Below are positions 26,818 through 38,270 of a stretch of 64,000 bases of DNA, one piece after another. This DNA is from Callorhinchus milii (lineage: Eukaryota): NCBI RefSeq assembly GCF_018977255.1, contig NW_024704742.1, positions 106,456,001 to 106,520,000 on the forward strand, given 5' to 3'. Numbering within the stretch: the stretch's first letter is position 1; the number at the start of each line of letters is the position of its first letter. The notes below the pieces were generated by a model. That model was not told where the DNA came from. It saw only the letters and a program-made list of their open reading frames with translations, and did no database searches. Made by a program: the position numbers and the translations under genes.

Positions 26818-27549
26818 TGTTAGTCCGGAACCTTGGGATCCTGTTTGACCCTCAACTAACCTTTCTACCCCACATCCATGCCATTTCCCACTCTGCCTTC
26901 CCCCACATCCGCAATATCGCCCGGCTCCACCACTGTCTCACTCCGCAAGCCGCCGAGACCCTCATACACACTTTCATAACATCCCGGCTCAACTATGCAA
27001 ACTCCCTGCTTGTCAGCCTCCCCAACTCCTCCCTCCACAGGCTGCAGATCATCCAGAACTCTGCAGCCCATGTCCTCTCCTGCACCAGGCTCCGCGACCA
27101 TATCACCCCCATCCTCGCCCAATTCCACTGGGTTCCCATCACACAGAGGGTATAGTTCAAGATCCTGGCCCTCACCATCAAAGCCCTCCATGGCCTTGTT
27201 CCCCCCTATCTCTAACCCTTTACTAACCTGCAGGCTCCCTCCGCTCAGCAGGCTCTGGCCTGCTCCACGCCCCCTGCTTCACCCGACCCCCCCAACCCCC
27301 ACCATCATTGGCGGGACTTCTGCTACTCTCTCCCCACCCTTTGCAATTCCTTCCCAAAGTCCCTCCGCCTCGCCCCCCTCCCTTGCCTCCTACAAGACTT
27401 GTCTCATCACCCTCCTTCCTCCCCTGCCCTACACCCTACCTGAGCTGGGGGTCAGATCCAAAACATTGATTGTCCAATGCCTTGGGACATCCTCCCAACA
27501 TGAAACACACTATGCAAATGTAATTATGCTGTTTTCGTTGTTGTTGTTG
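26818..27549 (+). mobile_element. L2 LINE, 5'-truncated, with 3' tail
   Basis: VRNLGILFD...AAETLIHTFITSRLNYANSLL...LQIIQNSAA; stem-loop and (GTT)n. Confidence 0.95.
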
Positions 27550-27959
27550 ATGGCATTGGAAAAATCAACAGTGGGAGATGATGAAAGCATGAATAAGGGT
27601 TTCAGCTGCGTTAGGTGTGAGGTATGAGAAATAATTTTCCTGGTAGTAAGTAGGAACCTGGTTGTAAATCGATTGGTGGATTGCTTTCTGAGTGCAATAA
27701 TCCTCCCCACATACAAAATAAAATTGGTCATTCATTGCATTACTCTTTGTGGGATATTGCTATTCGCAATTAGCTGTCGCATTTTGCTCGCAAAATACAC
27801 AGTCAATTCACTTGACAATATATTCCGTGAAGTGCTTTGAGATGTCTCAAGTCTCAACAACATGATAAGGTGCTATATCAAATACAATTATTACTTTATT
27901 CATCTCAATCTATTTTCAGGGCAGGATTCCTTGAAATCAAAAGAAGAATCCAGGCACCA

Positions 27960-28140
27960 TCTCCGTAGCCTTCAATGACACAACCATCACCCCACTACCA
28001 TTACCATCCTGTGGGCCACCATTCACAACAAGCTTAACCATGCTAGCCAAGAACAGGGCCCAGGTGTGAAGAATGGCTCACCTCCCCACCCCTCTATAGA
28101 GATCAAGCCAAGAGCATAATGGAATGCTCACCACTCAAGG
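27960..28140 (+). mobile_element. Highly degenerate CR1-group LINE ORF2 fragment
   Basis: Recalled resemblance to a shark LINE (atcctg.gg..accatt.ac...aagcttaac ... atggaat.ctc.ccact). Confidence 0.4.
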
Positions 28141-28619
28141 TGCATTGTTTCAGTGCAGCTTAACATCATTCATACTTGGTCAGCAGCCAAAGATCCCTGT
28201 GGCTCTATTCAAAAAGAGGAGGGAATTTCTCCTCATGTCCTGGCCAACAATTCCCTCAATAAAAAGGAATGGCCATTCACTTCATGTCTATTTGTTGGAC
28301 ATTAATATTAAGGACATTGTTGATCTGAGTTCTCATGAAATAAACCTTCCTCTGTAAGGCTGGCCAAACGAGAGAACAGAAACACACATTTATCTTGGGA
28401 CCACATTCTGCCACCTCAGTAGGTTGACCACTTTTGAGGAACATTATTGCGGCTGCACCTAATGGCAAAAATAATGTTTCTAAGCCAGCTTTGTAGGGAG
28501 ACTCGAACTATCAGGAAATATAATCAGACTGGATGAGAAAAACCGTTCCATGGAACATTAGTGATACAACTGCTTGATTTGCTTCCCGTTCCATAAGTGT
28601 ATTTACTACCTGTACTGTA

Positions 28620-28805
28620 ATAATAATGATAATCGTTTAATTTGATATAGTGCCTTATCACGTCATTGAGATGTCTTAAAGCGCTTCACAGAACATACTG
28701 TAAAATTAATTGACTGTATATATCGTGCGCTAAACTCAGTAGCCAATTGCACACAGGAGCATCCCACAAACAGTCGTGGATTGAACGACTAAATTATTAT
28801 TGTCA
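28620..28805 (-). mobile_element. 5'-truncated SINE
   Basis: Deu 3' core and tail. Confidence 0.85.
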
Positions 28806-29625
28806 TTATTTATTTACACACTGAACACACTGCATTGCCGTGCTGCTGCATCTAAGATTATAAATACACCCCTCAATAAACAAAAGAAAGAAACTGAAGC
28901 AGGTGGATTCAGAGGAGGGGAAAGACTTAATGAACTGCCTATGGCAATTGGAATGGGCTGTGGGTAATGAAACATGTTACTTTCTTAAATGTATAGTTGA
29001 AGTTTGCTTCGGGTTAATCTTTGGTTTAATTTTCAAATTTTCCTCGCTCCTTGTTATTCAGCACTTGCAAATTGTCGACAGATTAGCTGGTGAGAGCCAG
29101 GTAGTATTTAGAAAGTTGTGCAAAGCAATATGTGGAATATAGTCTGAGGGAAAAGCCACAATAAGCTTTTGTCCTTATTGTGAGCTTTTCAACAGATCAC
29201 AATTTCCATTAACTGAGGGCCTCACAATTGTTGGTGACAGCACTTTACAGTAGTTGAAGCAATGACTGAAGGTATATGAGTACCAATGAGAATAAATCAC
29301 CACTGCCCTTCCCTTCTGCACGGTAATACCTGTCATCTGAGACCTTTAATTCATGTTTTATAAGTCCTATCAGTCTTAAAACTCCCTCCCAGCTGTCTGC
29401 TGTTACATTATACAGTCAACCCTGATAAAATCACATTGGTTAATAACCTGAATTGCTTTACATTAAAATTGTACTGGGTCCCCTGCTACCTGAGTACAAT
29501 AAAAAACTGATACAATCACCAATTGCTTTATAGTGGTGTTAGGCTGCAGGTAGTCTGATAGACATCCTTTTTGGAGCAGTGCTTAAACTCATGTGTATGT
29601 GTTCTTGACTATTCTGCTTAACGTA

Positions 29626-30020
29626 AGTCGGCCGGACTCAGTTGGTAGCACTCTTGCTTATGAGTGAGAAGGTTGTGGGTTTAACCCCCATGAGAGTTAA
29701 AACTCATATAGTCTTAAGATGACATTCCCATCTAGCGCTGGGGGGGTGTTGCATTGCTGGAGGTCCCAGCAGGTGGACATTATAAATGGTGTTGTTCAAA
29801 ATGAGAAAGGAGTTTCTCCTGGTGACCTGCCTAACAACTGCTCAAATAATATTGGTCATTCACTCCATGGCTGTTTGTGGGACATTGCTGCATGCAATCA
29901 GGCTGCTGCATTCACCCACAAAATACACAGTCAATGCAAGTCACAGTAAATCCTTTGAAGATCTTTGGGACGTCCTCCTGGGGTGAATGGCACTTTGCCA
30001 AATGCATGGAAAATTATCAT
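29626..30020 (+). mobile_element. Ancient DeuSINE with internal deletion
   Basis: tRNA-like head, caggtggac, ggagtttctcctggtg, ggctgtttgtgggac, tail. Confidence 0.8.
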
Positions 30021-32149
30021 TATAAACTTTCTTTTGACTTGAAGTCTTGATGGACAGTGGACTTCCTGATTGTGGATCATGATCTTTGACTGCCTGTTAG
30101 TTAGCAAAATACCTTCTGAGGCTTTAAAACCATGGGGGAGAGAAGAGGGTAGTCTCCTGCTGACATAAAAGCATGAGGATTTCAAATATTTCAAATGCAA
30201 CCTCTGTTATTTTGTAACCACTGTACTACTTGGAAAAATACTTGAAGTCTTTTCTTTAAAAAAATTACTCTCACCATCAGTCTAAAATCAAAGTTACAAG
30301 GAATGCTCATTAGCTTTCAAATCATTTGAATTGCCAAGGCTTTACTATTAATTTTCTTCTGAAGAAATACTATCTTCTCGAGAAAGAGACTGGCAAATCT
30401 TTTATTGGGGTTGTAGAAAAGCCATTGCCAATTTTTGTCCCGATATGATAATATGTGTAACATAATATGCATTTTATCTATTTTACTTGTCCACAAGAGT
30501 AAGAAAGTCTTAATGATGATTTATGCCTTCCTGTTGTGCGTTTGTCACATAAAGATGATGGCCCTTTAAGCCATCAAGTTTGATGATATCATTAGGGGAT
30601 TCATCCTTGGGGTAGTTTCTGAGGTCAATATTATAAGAAAGCTGAATGGAGATTTGCAATTGAAGATCAAGCAATCCGGGGTCAATATTCAGCTGTCAAT
30701 GATATTAATTCTGTTATGTCCTCAAAGCAAATACATGCTTTACCACCATTCAACTCTCATTAGAATTCCAACAAAAATATTCTGAACAAAGACATGCTAA
30801 AAAATAAAAAGGTGTACTTGACTTTAACAAGAGATTGTCTGTCTGAGGCAGGAAAATTATTCTGCTCTGTGTTCACTGTAGCAAATTTGTTGATGTCAAC
30901 TGAATGCTATTTTACTCGGTTTGCTAACTTTAGCAAATGTGTCACCTGTAGATGTATAAGTAACCCAAATAGAAGTTTATATGCATATAAATGTTATGCC
31001 ATTCACTCGTGTTGCAACTTGTATTTTTAGCGACAGTCCCTACACTTTGATTATTTCCTGTCACTAATAATATGAATATTCAACAGGCTGGCATGCTTAA
31101 ACATTGCACATTACAAATGCTGATAATGCATTTGTGACTGTGGAATTCAGCATTAATGTGACTGAATAATAATTGTAGTCATTACAGTTGCATCAACCTG
31201 TCAAGCGGAAAATTTTCTGCTGCAGTGTTTGCTCAAAAAAATCAATTTAAATGGCAATCCTTAATGTTTAGAAAACGGAATAAATGTTCTTTTAAATGTG
31301 CATTAGTGAAATTGATTGCGAAGAGGAGATGCTACACAAAGAAGGATCATATTTTACAGCAGCTCGCTCTGTGAGAACCTATCTCCAATCCCACTGCATT
31401 TGCTTATGGTGACATGTATACTTTGAGTGAAAAGGTGGAGAATCACCTCAGAGAGAGTATTTATCTGGTGTTGGTGTCTAATATGCGCTCGGTCATAAAA
31501 GGATTTCTAATTGTTGAATCCTGCACACATCAGCTATATCTATGACAGCCCATGAATCCCAGAACTCCATTTGTACACTGATCCTGGACAATCTCGTGCA
31601 GGTACCAGGAGCCTTCATTGACCAAGATCCAACTTCATGGAACTTGGAAATGAGAAAAATGAGATCTGAATTTGTTCTGGGGGTGGGAGTAGAGGAGGGC
31701 TGGGAGGTGAGTGTAAGACATATTTGGCTAGGTGTACAATTCAGGATTCTTGTACAAATCATTGCATCTTAAACCCTATTGCTAGGCTGAGGTAATTGTT
31801 AAAGTGATACAAATTTAATTCATTTTACTTGTATCACTCTTTTTAGCTTGGCAACAGCTTTTATTTTTTTGAATTCTTCTATAATCAGATCTTCGCTTGG
31901 TAATTTATGGAAACGATATTACTAATTTATGTCAGAGTATTTCCTGGATTTTGTATCTTAAAATCTGTTGAAATAGTTTTATTAATAATAATAGTAATAA
32001 TAATCCTGAATTTGATATGACACCTTTCAGGTTAGGAAGATGTATCAAAGCAGTTCACAAGATTAACAGTGAACTGTGTATTTTGTAGCCAAATCCCCAG
32101 GCGTTTTGAATTTAAAAGCACTTTATTAATATAAATTCAAATACAATTC

Positions 32150-32985
32150 ACATTTACATAGAAGTGGTTATAGAGGGGTGAGAAGAGGAAAGATGAGATA
32201 GGACTTGAAATAGAGGAAAGGAGGGAGGGAGGAACTTGGAGGGACTCTGGGATGAGAGCAGGTGCAGAATGATGGAGAGTCCGCCTGCAAATGGGAGTGG
32301 GGTGTGGGGAGCTTCATATGGCAGAAACATAAAGTAGGCCAGTGTTTGCTGAGCAAAGGCATCAGGAGAAGACATGGGCCTGTGTAGGGAAGAGTCCTTC
32401 CCTGTGGAGTCCTGTAGCTCAGTGGTTAGAGCACTCGCTTTGCAAGCGAGAGACCTGAGTTCAATTCCAGGCAGGGCAAAACCTTGGGCAAGTTTCCTTA
32501 CTCCACACGCCTAATAATAATCCCTCCAAAACAAAAAACAATAATAAATTGGTCATTTTCAATCTACGACTGTTTGTGGGACATTGCTGTGCGCAGTTGG
32601 CTGCCGCGTTCGCCCACAGATATACAGTCAATTCACTTTACAGTGTGTTCTGTGCAGCGCTTTGGGACGTCCTCCCGATGTGAAAAGCGCTATATCAAAT
32701 GCAAGGATTATTATTATTATAAGAGATGAGTTCAGCGAACAGAGCTTTGCCATAATCAAGCCTGGACATGATAAAAGTGTGGATGAGAGTCTTCGAGGCC
32801 CAAGAGGAGAGGTAGCGATGGACACGGGTAATTTTTCGGAGGTGGGGTAAATCTGAGCAGGATAGAGAACGGATATGAGGTTAAAAAAGGCAGTTCGGAG
32901 TCAAACAAGACACCAAGATTCTGCACTGGTTCCACGAGGTGGAATGAGCATCCATTGCAGGGTAATGCTGTCAGCGACTGAGTTC
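32150..32985 (-). mobile_element. Old L2 fragment interrupted by young SINE
   Basis: Purine-rich L2 ORF2 antisense pattern on both sides of 32406-32720. Confidence 0.6.
32406..32720 (+). mobile_element. Young tRNA(Ala)-like SINE, full length
   Basis: Near-identical to 16286-16621. Confidence 0.95.
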
Positions 32986-33104
32986 TCTGCTGGCCCAGTG
33001 AGTTTCATTCATTAAACAGGTCAGCCATTTAAATTGAAGTTCAGTGAACGAATAGTTAATTCAGCACAAATCGGGAATTGAATCAGGACATTTTTGATTT
33101 GCAT

Positions 33105-33450
33105 TAATTTCTCTGATCTCAGCTACAGGAAATGACCTCAGAACCCTGGGTTAGGAAGGAGCAAATTAGCCAATGTTCTCACCTTTGATTGCTATCCTTT
33201 AACCTGCGCTGTGTGGATAATGTTTAAGGAAGGACAGATTGGCTTTGGTTTGGATGTGATACTCTCATATTTCAACTATGTTTTGTTATTCACTGACATC
33301 CCCAGTGTTCTGGGACGCTGGGACGCCACGCTGTGTGAAGGGCACTATATAAACGTTCTCCCGACGTGAAAGGCGCTATACAAATGTAATCTTGTTGTTG
33401 TAAATGCAAGTTGTTGTTCTTGTCAAAGCTCACACAAGAATAATGCCATT
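33105..33450 (+). mobile_element. Ancient SINE-like repeat carrying nested LINE tails at 33305-33420
   Basis: Similarity to 21440-21685 resumes after the tails (aagctcacaca). Confidence 0.6.
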
Positions 33451-34039
33451 CAGAGGATCAGTTCTTGTTAAATCAGGGTTAAAGCCTCATTCTAGAAATG
33501 ACTACGTATTAGCTATGGTCCTGTTGTCAGATTTTGACCCTGCCAAAAACTACCACTGAAAATCACATTTTTTGAATTCTTGTATAATCAGACCAATTCT
33601 TCACTTGTGGTGGTAATTTATGGAAACAATATTACTAATTTATGTCAGTATTTCCTGGATTTTATATCTTAAAATCTGTTGAAATAGTTTTATTAATAAT
33701 AATAGTAATAATAATAATCCTTTTGGCATAAAAGATTATACTGGCCATCTGTCCAGATCCTTTTACTGAAGCAACATTGGGTTCCCAGAATATCTACCCT
33801 AGTGTGAGGTGAGAAACGGCAATTTGTCCTGTCAATCTCTCTCTTGTCATTAGACTGTATACATTTTCTAAATTTCACAAACTCTACTCTTGTTATACAA
33901 ATGTAATTTGTTGTTGTTGTTATTCTTACTTGGCCTCCAGAGGAATGAGAATAACAACAGGTAAAAAATAAAGCTTCGTGAAATATCTCCTCCACAAAGT
34001 CCTCAATGTTCATCAGGCAAATGGTCAACATCTGTACCA

Positions 34040-34690
34040 TGACCCATTCTACTTTCCCCACCTTCACAACATTGCCCATCTCCGCCACTACCTCTCTCCT
34101 CAGGCTGCCGAGACCTTCATCCATGCCTTAATTATATCCAGGCTTGTCTATGCTAATTCCCTGCTTGCCAAACTTCCCAACTCTTCCCTCCACAAACTGC
34201 AGATTATTCAGAACTCTACAGCTCGTGTCCTATCCAGCACTAAGCTCTGTGAGCCGATCACCTCCATCCTTGCCCAGCTTCCCTGGATCCCCATCCCCCA
34301 GAGGATCGAGTTCAAGATCCTTGTCTTCATCTTTGAAGCCCTCCATGGTCTTGCTCCTCTGTAACTTTACCAACCTGTCCACGCCCTCCGCTCGACAGGC
34401 ACTGGTCTGCTCCATGTCCCCATCCTGCCCGCTCCAATATATCAGCGACCAGCACTTCAGCCTGTTTACCCCACCCAATGGAACTCCATACCAGAGCCCC
34501 TCTGCCTTGTCCTCTCCTTGCCTCCATCAAGACCCATTTCAGACCACCGTCTTCAACTAAGTCTTCAGTCATATTCCCATCTCCATCCCCCCTCGACTCT
34601 AGGCCCCAGCGTGGGTGCAAATCTGACCAGCACCTTGGGGTGTCCTTCCAACACGAAAGGCGCTGTATAATTGCAATTTGTTGTTGTTTT
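34040..34690 (+). mobile_element. L2 LINE, 5'-truncated
   Basis: AAETFIHALIISRLVYANSLL...QRIEFKILV; tail with (GTT)n. Confidence 0.93.
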
Positions 34691-35814
34691 TGAAGGATCC
34701 CAGCTCCAACATGCTAGAATTAGAACCTGGGAATCCCAAGCCTTGGATGTAATGTGCATTCCACAGGTAAGTGCTCTGAGATGCTGCCCGGCATGGCGGG
34801 GGCAATATAAATGCAAGCTGTTGTTGTTGTTATTGTACTGCCTGTTCCTGGCAAGATTCCCCTTTAGTCACTCCTTTGGTGTTATTGAACCCCACAGTTG
34901 CCCCCCCCCCACACACACACACATCAAACATGATAATATAATAATAATCCTTGCATTTGTTATAGCGCTTTTCACCTCTTCTAGACGTCTCAAAGTGCTT
35001 CACGGAATAGACTGTAAAGGGAATTGACTGTATATTTGTGGGCAAAATCTATAATCTATGATCTTCAACCACAAAATCCATTTTACAGTATATTCCGTGA
35101 AGCGCTTTAAGATGTCTCGAAGACGTGATAAGTCGCTATATCAAATGCAACAATTACTATTATTATCTACATTATTCATCTCTGACTTCTTGCATTCCAC
35201 AGGTATGATGGTGGTGGCAGCAACAGAGGATCATTATGGTCATTATGCATTTGATGATCTCTGTCTATATTTATCCTTACAACTTTCAATCTTGTACTTA
35301 AGCAGATGATCATACCCCTATTATTACAAGAGTCAACTAAAATCGCATTAATTGCCTATGATGGGAATTTATTCCACCTAACTATTTCCCTGCGGCAACA
35401 AAACATTCTTCTGATCAATAGTTTGGCTTGAGGCTAGTTTAATTTTGTCCTCGTGCTCTTGAATTCTGCAATTATATTCTGAGCATTCTAATGGTCGGGT
35501 GTGCCTTCAGTGATAGAATTGAAATATAAAAAGCAGACCCTACAAAATAAACACTGGCACTCACTCACTTACCTATACCATGAGGCAGCACGGCCAAAGT
35601 AAGTGGTCTTTAAATCCACCTCCAGAATTATTGCTGGCAAAAGCTCCAATAGAAATATCAAGTAGCATATAAGTGGAGGCAGAAGCAGTCACAATGCATA
35701 GTGCCATCAAGCTAAGTGGCTGAAACATTGCCATCTCACTCCCTAAACCAGCAAAGCGTTTTTTTTTCTCTGCCAATTTCGTCACAATTTTTCTCCCTTT
35801 TTCCTCTGCTGTAG

Positions 35815-35997
35815 GTGTCTGACTCCATTTTCCTTCTCCAGGCGATATGCTTCCGCATCCGTTTAGTGCCCAATTTGCCATTTTTATATGTGAACCTTGA
35901 TCAAATGCTTCGACAGGTTATTCATCGGTATCAAGCCAATCTCGATCACGTGCTCACTGCTGTCCACTCGCATATGCCTGCAGCAGTGACATTTTGA
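35815..35997 (+). CDS. Candidate terminal coding exon (VSDSIFLLQAICFRIRLVPNLPFLY...HMPAAVTF*), gene unidentified
   Basis: Long polypyrimidine tract + TAG acceptor (alternative in-frame CAG at 35841), 60 open codons, locally CpG-rich, AATAAA at 36112 and 36211; competing promoter reading given in findings. Confidence 0.5.
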   Translation: MSDSIFLLQAICFRIRLVPNLPFLYVNLDQMLRQVIHRYQANLDHVLTAVHSHMPAAVTF

Positions 35998-37989
35998 TCT
36001 GTTTAGCCTCGTGCTGTGCTAACTTTACCCACTAGGCCATTGAAGATGCTGAGTGAAATTATCTTGTTACCATTGGCATATTCAGGAAGGAATGGAATTG
36101 TCTCAAAGAATAATAAAGAAATTTGATGTGCACAAATGTGCACATGTATATTTGATTTAAACTGACTAAGCTAGCTTAGAAACAGCCCTTCTTATATATA
36201 ATTGTAAGTTAATAAACTGCTGACCCTTGTACTATCCATGTCTTTCCATAGTTTAAAAACATTCCTCTTTCCTCGTCTTCTATCTTCTAGTAAGAACAAG
36301 TTCATACTTATTTAGAGCTACAGCATCTGTAGTTCATTGTAATTTGAAAATACATCTTTAAAATGTTAAAAAGCATTAAACATTGCAATTGACAAAGAGG
36401 TGGTGGAGATGAGCCCAAACCCTTATTAAATTATTTTCCATTATGGGTGCAGAATGCAAGTCTGCTGGAGATGTTTTGAATAAGTGATTTTGCTACAGAC
36501 TTTACTGGGTAAAATAGAAGCTTTGAAGTGAATATTATACTTCAAAACCTTTCCCAAAACAAACATTCAATGACTTGCGGTGCTTCCTGTGTGTTGGATA
36601 GAGATTGGCAGGTGAGTTCTTTTGCATCAGCATAATATGGGTTGAAGCTGAACCCTTCATCACAACAGTTTGTACTTAGACTATGAATTTCCATGGAAAA
36701 TGCATAGAAATTGTGGTGCAGCAGTGCAAAGCTGAATCAGACTGAATCAACCCAGCTGATATGAGCACCTTCACCATGTATATTCTGCTGGAAGCAACGC
36801 AATATCACTTTCATCAGTAAAGTAGCTCTGGAGAGATCATTGAGCTGAGCTCAGGCTGTTATTAAGTTGTTTGTTTGCATGATGGGTGCAGAATGCAAGC
36901 CTGTGGGTGATCATTAGAATAAGTGCCATTGTTGCAAGCTTTACAGTTTACCTTCAAAGCTTTTATATGATATTTGACTTTTAGGGGTTGAAATTCTGGC
37001 AGCTGAGTTTTGGAAGAGCTTGGTTGTTTATTTGTGTGGTGCAGCCATATTCTATGTACAGTGTATTTTACTGAATGCAGCACACAGCAAATGGCTGGCT
37101 GCTAAACCAGTGGAGGATGAGAAGACAGCCACAAAAGCAGCTCAACAAGCCTCTTCATCATAACATCAGTGCAAGGGGGAACATGGCCATTGCAAGCTGG
37201 CAAGCTGAAAAATCCAGCGGACCTGAGAACACCTACTTTGTAATGTTATGGCAAATGCAAGGATTATTATTATTATGGGAATTGGACGCAGCATTAATAG
37301 GATTGGTAGCTATGTGTCTGCAGAACTTTCCGTGTTTCTGGATATATCTAAACTTACACCTGCAAATATACAGGCACTAGCTTTCACAGCAAAAATTAAC
37401 ACTTAGACTTCTTAATGACCCGATACGTCACATTATCAAGTGCAAGGATTACTATTATTGTATCTATATTGAGACAATAATAAGGGATATATATCCCTTG
37501 TATATTCGTTTATACCTCTCCATCTGTGATCAGAGGCCTGCCATCAAGCTGTTGGTTAGCGAAGCACTGCAGACAAACACCACAGACACCTTGCAATGTA
37601 AGAAGTGTAATGCAAACTAGTGGATCCTCCATCCGGATTTCATAGCCTAGAATGAGTCAGAGTAGTTTGATTAAGATGTGTGGGACATCCACTTCCATAA
37701 TGGTTAGTTTGGGCCTGGACATTTTTGTGTGCACTTTGATTTCAAGCCTTCTGTTTCAAGTAGCAAAATAAGAACGACAATAAAGTTTTTCCATTCCTGT
37801 TTTCCTCATTTCTCCTTACGCATTTCTCCATTCGACTATCTCATGTTGAAGGCCACTGTACAACTCTTTGTGAAAGCTACCATTTGTTCTTAGTGAGGGA
37901 CAATAGGGAGAAGCTGGTTTATTAGGCTTGCTATGGTCCAGGTCATTTGAAGCCTGGACACCAAACATTTCAAGTTGGGCAACAAAAAC

Positions 37990-38270
37990 AATAATACTTA
38001 TATTCGATATTGTTCTGTTCACACCAGGAGGATATCTGAAAGCACTTAACAGAATGCTGCTGTAAAGTGTAGTGACTGTATATTTTGTAGGTGAGCATGA
38101 CAACAAACTCTTCCACAAATAGTTGTGAAGTGAGCGACTTAAGTTTTTCTGTAGGACTGCTGGCGAGGACATCACGAGGAGCTCCCTTATTGTTTCAAAT
38201 AGTACCATAAGATATTTAACGTTCACCTGAACAGACAGATAGGACCTCAGTTTGTACCATCTGAAGGTCA
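37990..38270 (-). mobile_element. Ancient DeuSINE fragment
   Basis: Reverse complement of Deu motifs (gttcacctgaacagacag, gtagtgactgtatattttgtagg). Confidence 0.75.

Noticed and set aside
26995..27627. 210-aa Pro/Ser-rich ORF
   Set aside because: Alternative frame of an L2 fragment
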